Positions 46,515 to 55,802 of a stretch of DNA of 64,000 bases are shown here, piece by piece. The translations under genes were made by a program, and so were the position numbers. Source of the stretch: an uncultured Rikenellaceae bacterium (GTDB lineage Bacteria > Bacteroidota > Bacteroidia > Bacteroidales > VadinHA17); NCBI GenBank assembly GCA_964638545.1, contig CAZXAM010000012.1, positions 6,911 through 70,910 of the forward strand. The letters are read 5' to 3'. Every line of letters begins with the position of its first letter. Positions within the stretch are counted from its first letter, which is position 1. A model generated the notes under the pieces. The model had not been told where the DNA came from. It made no database searches and was given only the letters and a program-made list of their open reading frames with translations.

Positions 46515-48680
46515 ATGAAAAAGACCAGCCTGCAGATAAGCTTGTTAATACTGTTAACAATACTCACTACAGAAAATTCCGGGATCTTCGCTCAAAGGCC
46601 GATGCGTGGTACCGACCAGGCAGCAATTATCGGCTGGACAGATGATACACATTATTTAATGCGTAAACCTGATGACGACAAGAAAATGGTGACTATGAGT
46701 GTAGACATCAGGAGTGGCGTGAGCAAGTTAGTTCCGCCTTCAAAGTCAGAGCGCGAACTGCTGCTTGAATCACTTCCTGCCGGAGTGACAATTGGAATGA
46801 ATGACATTATCAGTCCCGATATGAAAAGCGCAGTCATCTTAAAGGATAATGACCTGTGGCTATACACAAAAGGGGACAAAGAGATTAAGAGGCTTACAAC
46901 CGATGATAAGCAGGAAGTGAATGTCCGTTTTTCGCCTGAAGGAAAAAAGCTGGCATATACAAAAAACAGGGACTTATATGTATATGATATTCAGGCTGGC
47001 AAAGAACTGAGGCTTACAACCGATGCTTCAGAAAATGTTTATAACGGCTACGCCGCATGGGTATATTATGAGGAGATTCTCGGAAGGCCCAGCCGCTATG
47101 CTGCTTTCTGGTGGTCCCCCGACGGAAACAGGCTGGCTTATCTGAGGTTTGACGAAACTGAGGTGCCTGTATTCACTCTTAACCGTCTCGATGAACCCGA
47201 CGGAGTTCACGGGATCCTTGAGGTGGTACATTATCCGAAACCTGGAGATCCGAATCCAAAGGTGAAAATGGGAATTGCAGATATAGCCTCCGGGAAAACG
47301 ACCTGGGTGAAGACTGATTACTCAATAGATCAGTACATTGCATGGCCTTTCTGGACACCCGACAGCAAAAAGCTTGCTATACAGGTTCTTAACCGTGATC
47401 AGAACAATCTTAAAATCATTCTCGCCGATCCATTTACAGGAGATTTCAGCCAGATATATGAAGAGTCGTGGAAGACATGGATCGAGTTCCATGAGGATAT
47501 CTGGGTTATGAAGAACAACAGTGGTTTTATCATCAGAAGCTATAAGAATGGATGGGAAAATCTTTATTACATAAGCTGGGATGGGCGTCAGATAGCACAG
47601 CTGACCAACCTGGCTTTCAGAGTCACATCCATTGACAGGGTTGATGAGGATATGAAAATGGTATACTTCACTGCTACGGGCTCCGAATCAACTGACAGCC
47701 ATGCTTTCCGTGTCGGTCTCGACGGGAAGAACCTCCTTCAGCTTACAAACGGAAACGGGACACATAGTGTTAACATTTCGCCAAAAGGAAGCTACTATAT
47801 CGATACCTGGAACAGTATTTCAAGCACGGGCTCGATAATTGCATATGACCGGAAAGCCAGGATGCTTAAGGAAATTCATAAATTCGAACAGCTGGACTTC
47901 AATCCTGCAGAAAATGCAAAATCTGAATTTGTAAAGATCAAAACCTCTGATGGATTGTTCGATATGCCGGCAATAATAACATACCCTGTCAATTTCGATC
48001 CTTCAAAGAAATATCCGGTAATTTTCAACATCTATGGAGGTCCGGATTCAAAAAACATCTCCAACCGGTGGCAGGGAACCAATGCTTCATGGTATTCACA
48101 GAACGGTATAATAACCTTTGCAGTCGATCACAGGGGATCAGGACAGTTCGGGAAGAGAGGACTTGACTATCTGCACCGTTCACTCGGTAAATGGGAGGTG
48201 CTTGATTATGAGGATGCAGTTAAATGGCTGAGAACTAAATCGTATGTCGACCCTGCAAGGGTTGGGATCACGGGAACCTCTTACGGGGGATATATGACTT
48301 GCATGGCTCTGACTAAAGGCGCAGATTACTGGACCCACGGATTTGCAGGATCATCTGTGACTGACTGGAGACTCTATGATGATGTTTATACCGAAAGATA
48401 TATGGACACGCCCCTGGAAAATCCTGAAGGATACAGGGAAGGATCAGCCCTGACGTTTGTTGCGGGTTACAAAGGCAAGCTATACCTCAATCATGGCGAT
48501 ATGGATGATAACGTCCATATGCAGAACTCGATCTATCTTATCTCGAAGCTTCAGGATGCGGGTAAAACATTCAGCTTCATGATTTACCCCGGAGGCAGGC
48601 ATGGATGGGGAGGAGCCAAATCGTTACACTCACGAAATGAGGCAAATATGTTCTGGATGGAAAGCTTTTTCGGGAAATGA
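46515..48680 (+). CDS. S9 family serine peptidase, dipeptidyl-peptidase IV-like
   Basis: Signal peptide MKKTSLQISLLILLTILT, a DPP-IV N-terminal beta-propeller, and the catalytic motifs GTSYGGY, D..DDNVH and GGRHGW. Confidence 0.85.
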   Translation: MKKTSLQISLLILLTILTTENSGIFAQRPMRGTDQAAIIGWTDDTHYLMRKPDDDKKMVTMSVDIRSGVSKLVPPSKSERELLLESLPAGVTIGMNDIISPDMKSAVILKDNDLWLYTKGDKEIKRLTTDDKQEVNVRFSPEGKKLAYTKNRDLYVYDIQAGKELRLTTDASENVYNGYAAWVYYEEILGRPSRYAAFWWSPDGNRLAYLRFDETEVPVFTLNRLDEPDGVHGILEVVHYPKPGDPNPKVKMGIADIASGKTTWVKTDYSIDQYIAWPFWTPDSKKLAIQVLNRDQNNLKIILADPFTGDFSQIYEESWKTWIEFHEDIWVMKNNSGFIIRSYKNGWENLYYISWDGRQIAQLTNLAFRVTSIDRVDEDMKMVYFTATGSESTDSHAFRVGLDGKNLLQLTNGNGTHSVNISPKGSYYIDTWNSISSTGSIIAYDRKARMLKEIHKFEQLDFNPAENAKSEFVKIKTSDGLFDMPAIITYPVNFDPSKKYPVIFNIYGGPDSKNISNRWQGTNASWYSQNGIITFAVDHRGSGQFGKRGLDYLHRSLGKWEVLDYEDAVKWLRTKSYVDPARVGITGTSYGGYMTCMALTKGADYWTHGFAGSSVTDWRLYDDVYTERYMDTPLENPEGYREGSALTFVAGYKGKLYLNHGDMDDNVHMQNSIYLISKLQDAGKTFSFMIYPGGRHGWGGAKSLHSRNEANMFWMESFFGK

Positions 48681-48697
48681 CTGCCATGAAAAATTGA

Positions 48698-48715
48698 TTG
48701 TTATATTTATAACAG
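48698..48715. promoter_or_regulatory. Rex-like palindrome TTGTTATATTTATAACAG upstream of pntAA
   Basis: Shares TTGTTAW-N4-ATAACAR with the hyd boxes. It lies 46-63 nt upstream of ATG 48761. Confidence 0.3.
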
Positions 48716-48760
48716 TCTGTATTGTTTACTATCTTGGAGCTATAAATAAATCTTAATTCT

Positions 48761-49891
48761 ATGATCATTGGTATACTCAGAGAGTCCGGAGCTGAGAAAA
48801 GGGTGGCTATGCTCCCCGGAGAAGCATCTGTGCTGAAGAAACTGGGAGCAGAAGTCATTGTCGAAAAAGATGCAGGCAGCAGCGCTTTTTATTTTGATGC
48901 GGATTACCAGGATGCAGGTGTGACTGTTTGCCAAAGAAAGGAAGTTTTTTCAAAATCAGACCTGCTGCTGTCAGTCAATCCGGTTCCGGGAAAGGATATT
49001 GAAGCCTGTACCAGTGGAAAAGTTCTCTGTTCAGTCCTTAACCCTGTTGAAAACAAGGAGTGGCTGGAGAAAGCGCGTTTGCAGGGACTAACAGTGCTTG
49101 CTCTTGATCTTGTTCCTCGTACAACAAGGGCGCAGTCTATGGATATTCTGTCATCAATGGCCACAGTGGCTGGTTACAAGGCGGTGCTGGATGCAGCCTC
49201 ATTACTGCCCCGGTTTTTCCCGATGTTCATGTCGGCAGCCGGAACAATTAAGCCATCAAAGGTCCTTATCCTTGGCGCCGGAGTTGCCGGTCTTCAGGCG
49301 CTTGCGATAGCCAGGAAGCTCGGAGCAGTGGTTGAGGTCTTCGACGTCAGGTCGGCAGTAAAGGAAGAGGTAAAGAGCCTTGGAGGAAAATTCATTGAAG
49401 TGGAAGGTGCAAAGGAAGATGCTGCAGCCGGCGGTTATGCAGTCGAACAGACTGAAGAATTTAAAAAGAAACAACAGGAACTTATCCAGCAAAGGGCTGT
49501 CTTAGCCAATGTTGTGATAGCAACAGCCCAGATCCCCGGAAAGAAAGCGCCCGTACTGCTTTTGAAAGAGACAGTTTTCAGGATGAAACCCGGATCTGTG
49601 ATCATCGACCTGGCGGCATCGACGGGAGGCAACTGCGAGCTGACAATCAACGGTAAAACAGAAGTCATAAATGGTGTAACAATTGTAGGTAAATCAGACT
49701 ATCCTTCTGACATGCCTGCAGATGCCAGCAAGATGTTCGGAAGCAATATCGTGAACCTGCTGAAGATAATGATCGATAAACAGGGCGGTCTGGCTCTTAA
49801 TATGCAGGATGACATAATCAGCGGTACAACAGCAGTTCATAACAAAGAATATGTGAGCCAGAGGGTCAGGCAAATGTTAAATATCAAATAG
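48761..49891 (+). CDS. pntAA: NAD(P) transhydrogenase subunit alpha, part 1
   Basis: 376 aa, alanine-dehydrogenase-like dI domain, NAD site (LILGAGVAGLQA). Confidence 0.9.
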   Translation: MIIGILRESGAEKRVAMLPGEASVLKKLGAEVIVEKDAGSSAFYFDADYQDAGVTVCQRKEVFSKSDLLLSVNPVPGKDIEACTSGKVLCSVLNPVENKEWLEKARLQGLTVLALDLVPRTTRAQSMDILSSMATVAGYKAVLDAASLLPRFFPMFMSAAGTIKPSKVLILGAGVAGLQALAIARKLGAVVEVFDVRSAVKEEVKSLGGKFIEVEGAKEDAAAGGYAVEQTEEFKKKQQELIQQRAVLANVVIATAQIPGKKAPVLLLKETVFRMKPGSVIIDLAASTGGNCELTINGKTEVINGVTIVGKSDYPSDMPADASKMFGSNIVNLLKIMIDKQGGLALNMQDDIISGTTAVHNKEYVSQRVRQMLNIK

Positions 49892-49899
49892 ATTCTCAA

Positions 49900-50202
49900 A
49901 TGGAAAATATATTGAATTTCATTTTCATCCACAGGGAAGCGATCTTTCTGGTCATTCTTTCTGTATTTCTCGGGATAGAAGTAATCAGCCATGTACCGGC
50001 AATTCTTCATACACCTCTCATGTCGGGAGCAAACGCCATTCATGGTGTCGTGATAATTGGAGCCATCATAGTTATGGGTCATGCTGATACAACAGTATCC
50101 ATGATCCTTGGATTCCTTGCAGTTGTACTTGGCACACTTAACGTCGTAGGCGGATTTGTGGTGACCGACAGGATGCTTGAGATGTTTAAAAAGAAGAAGT
50201 AG
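49900..50202 (+). CDS. pntAB: NAD(P) transhydrogenase subunit alpha, part 2 (membrane)
   Basis: 100 aa with three TM helices, including PLMSGANAIHG. Confidence 0.9.
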   Translation: MENILNFIFIHREAIFLVILSVFLGIEVISHVPAILHTPLMSGANAIHGVVIIGAIIVMGHADTTVSMILGFLAVVLGTLNVVGGFVVTDRMLEMFKKKK

Positions 50203-50234
50203 TTAACCGGGTGTGAAATTTTAAGATAATCAGA

Positions 50235-51671
50235 ATGAACGAGATACTTCAATTTTCTTCCGGTAGGGCAATCCTCGAGATAACTTATATTGTTGCATCG
50301 GTTCTCTTTGTCATTGGATTAAAGAAACTGAGTCATCCTCTTACGGCACGTAGGGGAAACATCCTTGCGGCGATCGGAATGATAGCCGCCATAGCTGCCA
50401 CAATTATCTGGCATGAGAAGGACGGAAAACATATAGGGAACATACCCTGGATAATCAGTGCAATCGTATTAGGAACAGCCATAGGATGGACTATCGCCAA
50501 AAAGGTCAAAATGACAGCAATGCCTCAGCTGGTGTCATTCTTTAACGGGATGGGAGGCGCTGCCGCTGCTCTGATCTCCATGATGGAATTTCCACATGTA
50601 AGCCCTGAGCTGATTGCCGAAAAAGGAATGTCGAACGGACATGTCCTTGCAATCCTGCTCGGCCTAATGATCGGAACAATCTCCTGGGCCGGGAGTATGA
50701 TAGCCTATGGCAAACTCGATGGATGGATAGGCGACATGAGGATCAAATGGATGAAATATGTCAACCTGACCATACTGGGCGTTCTCATTGGGTTCATAGT
50801 TTTCATTATGACCCGCAGCGTTGATTCAACCGGGGAGCTTACACCTTTAATATATATTATGTTTGCCATAGCAGTGGTCTATGGGGTACTGTTCGTGATG
50901 CCCATCGGAGGTGCAGACATGCCGGTGGTCATTTCCCTGCTGAACTCTTTCACCGGGGTGGCGGCAGCAATGGGAGGATTCCTGTATAACAACCAGGTCA
51001 TGCTTACCGGAGGCATTCTTGTAGGGTCTGCGGGAACAATCCTTACGATCCTTATGTGCAGGGCTATGAACAGGTCGCTTCTGAATGTAATTGTCGGCGT
51101 CTTTGGCGGAGGAGGCCAGGCTGCAGCTGCAGTCGCCGGTACAATCAAGGAGATAAGTCTTTCAGATGCAGCCGTGCTTCTGAGTTATTCGAAGAAAGTT
51201 GTCATAGTTCCCGGTTACGGACTGGCTGTAGCCCAGGCTCAGCATACCTGTCATGAGCTCGACAAGCTTCTCGATGAGAAAGGGGTGGAGGTTAAATATG
51301 CCATCCATCCTGTTGCGGGACGGATGCCCGGACACATGAATGTCTTGCTTGCCGAAGCAGATGTACCCTACGAACAGCTTGTGGAAAGCGATGAGATAAA
51401 TCCTGATCTTCCGAATACCGATGTCCTTGTCGTTATTGGAGCGAACGATGTTGTTAATCCGGCCGCAGAGGATGATCCTTCGAGCCCTATTTTCGGAATG
51501 CCTATTGTAAAGGCCCGTGAAGCAAAGAATATTATTGTGATGAAGCGAGGAATGGGGAAAGGCTATGCTGCTATCGAAAACTTGCTTTTCTTCAACGACA
51601 AAACCAGAATGCTGTTCGGCGATGCAAAAAGCACCCTGCAGAATCTGGTAAATGAAGTAAAAAGCCTATGA
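50235..51671 (+). CDS. pntB: NAD(P) transhydrogenase subunit beta
   Basis: 478 aa. Membrane dII domain plus NADP-binding dIII (VPGYGLAVAQAQH...GANDVVNP). Confidence 0.92.
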   Translation: MNEILQFSSGRAILEITYIVASVLFVIGLKKLSHPLTARRGNILAAIGMIAAIAATIIWHEKDGKHIGNIPWIISAIVLGTAIGWTIAKKVKMTAMPQLVSFFNGMGGAAAALISMMEFPHVSPELIAEKGMSNGHVLAILLGLMIGTISWAGSMIAYGKLDGWIGDMRIKWMKYVNLTILGVLIGFIVFIMTRSVDSTGELTPLIYIMFAIAVVYGVLFVMPIGGADMPVVISLLNSFTGVAAAMGGFLYNNQVMLTGGILVGSAGTILTILMCRAMNRSLLNVIVGVFGGGGQAAAAVAGTIKEISLSDAAVLLSYSKKVVIVPGYGLAVAQAQHTCHELDKLLDEKGVEVKYAIHPVAGRMPGHMNVLLAEADVPYEQLVESDEINPDLPNTDVLVVIGANDVVNPAAEDDPSSPIFGMPIVKAREAKNIIVMKRGMGKGYAAIENLLFFNDKTRMLFGDAKSTLQNLVNEVKSL

Positions 51672-53449
51672 ATGATTCTGTTGAAAAGCTTGCTCAGATA
51701 CGGGCTGCATTAAAACAGGACAGAGTAGATGCTTATATTATACCATTATCTGATCCGCATCTCGGAGAGAATATTCCTGATCACTGGAAGATAATACCAT
51801 GGCTTACCGGATTTACCGGTTCGTCTGCCACTGTCGTAATCACGAATTCATTTGCCGGATTATGGACTGATTCAAGGTATCTTCTACAGGCCGAATCTGA
51901 ACTGGAAGGCTCCGGCTTTACCCTCGTAAGACCAAAATCACTTGCGCCATTGGATTATTCTGACTGGCTTGCAGTTAATATAAATAACAATGGCAGAGTG
52001 GGATTTGACGGCGGAATTTTCTCAGTCACAAATTTCAGAAAGTTAAAGAAAAGACTGAGTATTAAGAACATAGACATATTAACTGATTGCGATATTGTAT
52101 CGGGTATCTGGAAAGAGAGACCACCGATGCCATTAACGGAAGCATGGGACTTTCCGGTAAGCTTCGCCGGGAAGGATCGTTCTCTGAAGATCGCAGCCCT
52201 GCGGGAGGAGATGAAAAAGAGCGGCATCGGCAGGCATCTCCTGACCTCTGTCGATGACATTATGTGGCTCCTTAACATCAGGGGCAACGACTTCCCATAT
52301 TCACCCCTGTGTATTTCTTATGCACTGGCAGAAGAGACAAGATTCTATTTATTCGCAGATCGGAGAAAGATACCTTCAAGCCTGGCTTTGGAATTGGAGA
52401 GGGCAGGGGTGGAAGTACTGCCCTATGATGGATTCTCTGCAATAATTTCTTCCTTATCCGACGGAAAATCAATTCTGTTAACCCCATCGACAACCTCAGT
52501 CTCGCTATTCAACAACATTCCTCCTGGAACAGGTATCGTCGAAGATATAAGCATTCCATCGGTAATGAAGTCGCTGAAGAACAAGACAGAGGTTGAAAAT
52601 ATCTGTAAGGTGATGGTGAAAGACGGTGTCGCATTAATAAAATTCTTTTATTGGTTCGAAAAAAACTTTAGAGCTTTTCCCATGACAGAACTCTCCCTGG
52701 CAGCCATGCTTGAGGTGTTCAGGTCTGAGCAGGAAGAATATCTCGGCCCTTCATTTTCCCCTATTGTAGCATGTGGCGAACACGCTGCTCTGCCTCATTA
52801 TTCAGCTGCATCCGGAGGCGATTCAGAGATCGCGGGGAACAACATATTGCTTGTCGATTCCGGCGGGCAGTATCTGGGAGGAACGACAGACATAACACGG
52901 ACAATTTCAACAGGGGATCCGTCTCCTGAACAGAAGAAAGATTTTACCCTTGTCCTGAAAGGCCATATTGATCTTGCAAAAGCGAAGTTCCCGCGTGGAA
53001 CAAAAGGATGCCAGATTGATATGCTGGCAAGGAGGGCTTTGTGGGATAACGGCTATAATTATGGCCATGGGACCGGACATGGAGTAGGTTATTGCCTTAA
53101 TGTACATGAGGGTCCGATGTCGATAAGTCCTTCCGAAAACAAAACACTTCTCGAAGCCGGAATGCTGATCTCCAACGAACCGGCTTTATACAGGGAAGGA
53201 GAATATGGCATCAGGACGGAGAATCTTGTATTATGCTACCTGGATGAGGAAACTGAATTCGGGGAGTTTCTGAAATTTGATACAGTTTCGTTATGCTATA
53301 TCGACAAGTCTCTTATCGACAAATCCTTACTGACGAAAGATGAAACGGAATGGATTAATTCATACCACTCTGAAGTTTTCGAAAAACTGAGCCCGCTTCT
53401 GAATGAGGAGGAGAAAATGTGGCTCAGTGAGAAAACCGACCCAATCTGA
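51668..53449 (+). CDS. Aminopeptidase P family (M24B Xaa-Pro aminopeptidase), long form
   Basis: 593 aa with creatinase-like N-terminal domains. M24 metal ligands are present (VDSGGQY..GTTDITR..GHGVGY..NEP..E). ATGA overlap with the pntB stop. Confidence 0.85.
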   Translation: MNDSVEKLAQIRAALKQDRVDAYIIPLSDPHLGENIPDHWKIIPWLTGFTGSSATVVITNSFAGLWTDSRYLLQAESELEGSGFTLVRPKSLAPLDYSDWLAVNINNNGRVGFDGGIFSVTNFRKLKKRLSIKNIDILTDCDIVSGIWKERPPMPLTEAWDFPVSFAGKDRSLKIAALREEMKKSGIGRHLLTSVDDIMWLLNIRGNDFPYSPLCISYALAEETRFYLFADRRKIPSSLALELERAGVEVLPYDGFSAIISSLSDGKSILLTPSTTSVSLFNNIPPGTGIVEDISIPSVMKSLKNKTEVENICKVMVKDGVALIKFFYWFEKNFRAFPMTELSLAAMLEVFRSEQEEYLGPSFSPIVACGEHAALPHYSAASGGDSEIAGNNILLVDSGGQYLGGTTDITRTISTGDPSPEQKKDFTLVLKGHIDLAKAKFPRGTKGCQIDMLARRALWDNGYNYGHGTGHGVGYCLNVHEGPMSISPSENKTLLEAGMLISNEPALYREGEYGIRTENLVLCYLDEETEFGEFLKFDTVSLCYIDKSLIDKSLLTKDETEWINSYHSEVFEKLSPLLNEEEKMWLSEKTDPI

Positions 53450-53455
53450 TTCTTT

Positions 53456-53560
53456 ATCTCTGTGTCTCTCTGTGATCCTCTGTGTCTCTCTGTGTAAGTT
53501 CTTGAAACCATTTTATTTCACAGAGGAAATCCGGAGAAGCACTGAGTTACACAGAGAAAG
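53456..53560. repeat. 10-nt-phased CTCTGTG/CACAGAG inverted-repeat element, copy E1 (pyrimidine arm first)
   Basis: CTCTGTG occurs at 53458, 53468, 53478 and 53488. The array ends in CTCTGTGTAAGTTCTT (53488-53503). A purine arm CACAGAGGAAATCCGGAGAAGCACTGAG..TTACACAGAG follows (53516-53556). Confidence 0.85.
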
Positions 53561-53562
53561 AA

Positions 53563-55620
53563 TTACCTTATAACATTCTCAATCAATGTAACATCAATTA
53601 CCGGGAACTCTGTTATTCTGAGTTTTGCACTGCCATACGGAACAAGCTGAACGATTTCGGTGCTGCCCTCCGGCTTAACCGGGCTCCTTGGAGGCAGGTC
53701 AGCGGAATTATCTTTAATGGTCCATCCCGGTATCTTCATGCCACGTACATTTATTATTACCGGTGCATCCTTTTGCCAGGAGAAATATGATCCTGATCGT
53801 TCCGACCATACCATATCCCCTTTATCGGCATACGGGTAATCAGTTATGCTGTTTTCGATAACCTCTATACCTCTTTGCTTCTTCACAGGATCTATCAGCA
53901 ATCCGTAATTCCAGGGACTTGCCGGCTCTATCTCCCAGTCAACGCTGCCCTTATAGCTGAAGTTGTCGTAGCTAAGCTTCACGCTTTTATAATTCTTATT
54001 GATCCTTAAGGAGAAAGTCAATGGTCCGCGGAGTATTGAAACAGAATTATTGAAACGTCTCTCGAATCTCAGGTTTAAAGGTATCCTGAAAGTAATCAGA
54101 TCACCGTTTTCCCACTTCTCAGCCAGCCTTATGGTCTGTCCGGCAGTTCCGCTAAATGTCCTGCCTTTGAAATTAAATGACACAGAATCTGCCCATTGCG
54201 GCACTCTGAGGTAGATCGGAAATCTAACAGGTTCCGCTGTGGTGATCTTTAGTTTAACAAATCCCTTGAAAGGATATTCAGTTTCCTCGCTTATTGTCAC
54301 TTCAGCGCCATTCGCAACTTTGGCTGTCACTCTGCAGGGACTATATGCCACAGCAGCTAGTCCGTTATCGTTGGTTGCCATCCACAAGCTTGCTGCAAAT
54401 TTTGGCCAGCCCTGGTGCATGTTTGCAAGGCAGCATGCAAAATTCGGCATAAGGCCGTATATATTTGACTGGTTTCCGTTGCTCGCCCAGTTCCTTTTCT
54501 GATCTGTGACAAGAACCTGGTTAGACTGCTGGTCGTACTGATGCGCCCACATATCTGGCGTTTCTGTTCCGGGCAATGCGTTGAATACAAGCATTTCAAG
54601 CCTGTCGGCAAAGGAGTTGTCACCAAATATGGCATAGAGTTCTTCGAGCGAGAACATCTCTTCGACAATAGTGCAGAGCTCGGTTCCTCTGTCGGGACTT
54701 TTACCTGAAAGATGTTCATCGCAGGAGAAGCGTCCTGCTGCCTGTCCGTGATAGCGGTCGTACTTTTGAAGAGATGACACTACAGCATTCTTATATCGTA
54801 TATCACCTGACTGCTGGTACCATAATCCGGGATATTTTATAGCCATTCCATTGTTCACTCCATGCGCCGTCAGGCCTTTCCAGGTCTCGGTTGGAATTCT
54901 CTTCTCAGCAAGTGCGGCTGAATCCCACGGAAATTTCTCAAAGTGTGTTGTCCAGTCGAATGAATTTTTTTGTATTGATTCAATAGCTTCAAGGATCCAT
55001 ATTTCCTTGGTCTGTCTGTAGAGCCAGTACCCGGTGACTGCGTTCTCCATTGCCCTGACACCCCTCCATTGGTTATCGGGCCAGTCGGGGCTTACATCGT
55101 GAATATATTTGAAATACTTTTTCAGGACATCCAGGGCACGTGGGTCAGAAGTGGCTTCGTAGTACTGCATAAGAGCTTTATTAGAAACTGCGAGCGGCCA
55201 TCTGTCGGTATTCTTCAGAGGACCGTACCACCCTGAATCCCTGCTGCTGGCCATTATAGGTTCGATCCAGGTTTTTACTTTTTCCTTCAGTCGCTCTTCA
55301 TCAAGAAGGTATGCAAGGGGAACAAGACCATCAAGGAAATATGGACCTCTTTCCCATGCATCTCCGGTCCCCCCTTTCCATGCTGAATTCTTAAGGTCCG
55401 GCCAGAAATCATCAACGTGGCCGGTAAGGCCCTCAGCCTGGACTATGAGCTGGTCCTTGAGCCAGCCTTCAGGTTTTACCGCTCCAAGAGGCAGTTTTAT
55501 GTATGCATTCTGCAGAAGAGGCTCAGGATTGCCTTTGTAGTTTTTATTTTCTTTTCTGCCGGTACAACCAAAAACGACAATTATAATTGACGAAGCGAGT
55601 ATTATAAATATTTTCTTCAT
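53563..55620 (-). CDS. GH127/GH146-like glycoside hydrolase (beta-L-arabinofuranosidase-like, DUF1680 family)
   Basis: 685 aa, lipoprotein signal (VVFGC). GPYFLDGLVPLAY, ELCTIVEEM and FACCLANMHQGWPKF resemble GH127-clan motifs. Confidence 0.7.
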   Translation of the reverse strand: MKKIFIILASSIIIVVFGCTGRKENKNYKGNPEPLLQNAYIKLPLGAVKPEGWLKDQLIVQAEGLTGHVDDFWPDLKNSAWKGGTGDAWERGPYFLDGLVPLAYLLDEERLKEKVKTWIEPIMASSRDSGWYGPLKNTDRWPLAVSNKALMQYYEATSDPRALDVLKKYFKYIHDVSPDWPDNQWRGVRAMENAVTGYWLYRQTKEIWILEAIESIQKNSFDWTTHFEKFPWDSAALAEKRIPTETWKGLTAHGVNNGMAIKYPGLWYQQSGDIRYKNAVVSSLQKYDRYHGQAAGRFSCDEHLSGKSPDRGTELCTIVEEMFSLEELYAIFGDNSFADRLEMLVFNALPGTETPDMWAHQYDQQSNQVLVTDQKRNWASNGNQSNIYGLMPNFACCLANMHQGWPKFAASLWMATNDNGLAAVAYSPCRVTAKVANGAEVTISEETEYPFKGFVKLKITTAEPVRFPIYLRVPQWADSVSFNFKGRTFSGTAGQTIRLAEKWENGDLITFRIPLNLRFERRFNNSVSILRGPLTFSLRINKNYKSVKLSYDNFSYKGSVDWEIEPASPWNYGLLIDPVKKQRGIEVIENSITDYPYADKGDMVWSERSGSYFSWQKDAPVIINVRGMKIPGWTIKDNSADLPPRSPVKPEGSTEIVQLVPYGSAKLRITEFPVIDVTLIENVIR

Positions 55621-55654
55621 GGTTAGATGTTATAATTCTTTTTGCGTTATTTTC

Positions 55655-55802
55655 TTACACAGAGGAAGCCCGGAGTCCCGATAGCTATCGGGACACTGAG
55701 ATCCACTGAGAAAATCTCCGAGTCACTCTGTGCTTCCTCTGTTTAATTCTGTGTAACTCTGTGTAATTCTGTGTAACTCTGTGTAACTCTGTGTAAGTTC
55801 TT
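55655..55802. repeat. 10-nt-phased inverted-repeat element, copy E2 (most complete)
   Basis: Left arm TTACACAGAGGAAGC. An 11-bp perfect stem (55659-55669 pairs with 55732-55742). A perfect 18-nt palindrome TCCCGATAGCTATCGGGA (55676-55693). Six 10-bp tandem units YTCTGTKTAA (55737-55796). Terminal CTCTGTGTAAGTTCTT (55787-55802). Confidence 0.9.

Noticed and set aside
41572-51671. The idea that hydrogenase, peptidase and transhydrogenase form a single novel redox island acquired horizontally.
   Set aside because: The genes are on different strands in separate transcription units. There are no flanking mobility genes or direct repeats, and no visible compositional break. The only link I can support is the shared palindromic motif, which is reported separately.
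55737-55796. Regularly spaced short repeats that look superficially CRISPR-like. Similar arrays occur at 53458-53494 and 59511-59549.
   Set aside because: The period is only 10 nt with no unique spacers, no leader and no cas genes. These are arms of an inverted-repeat element, not a CRISPR array.
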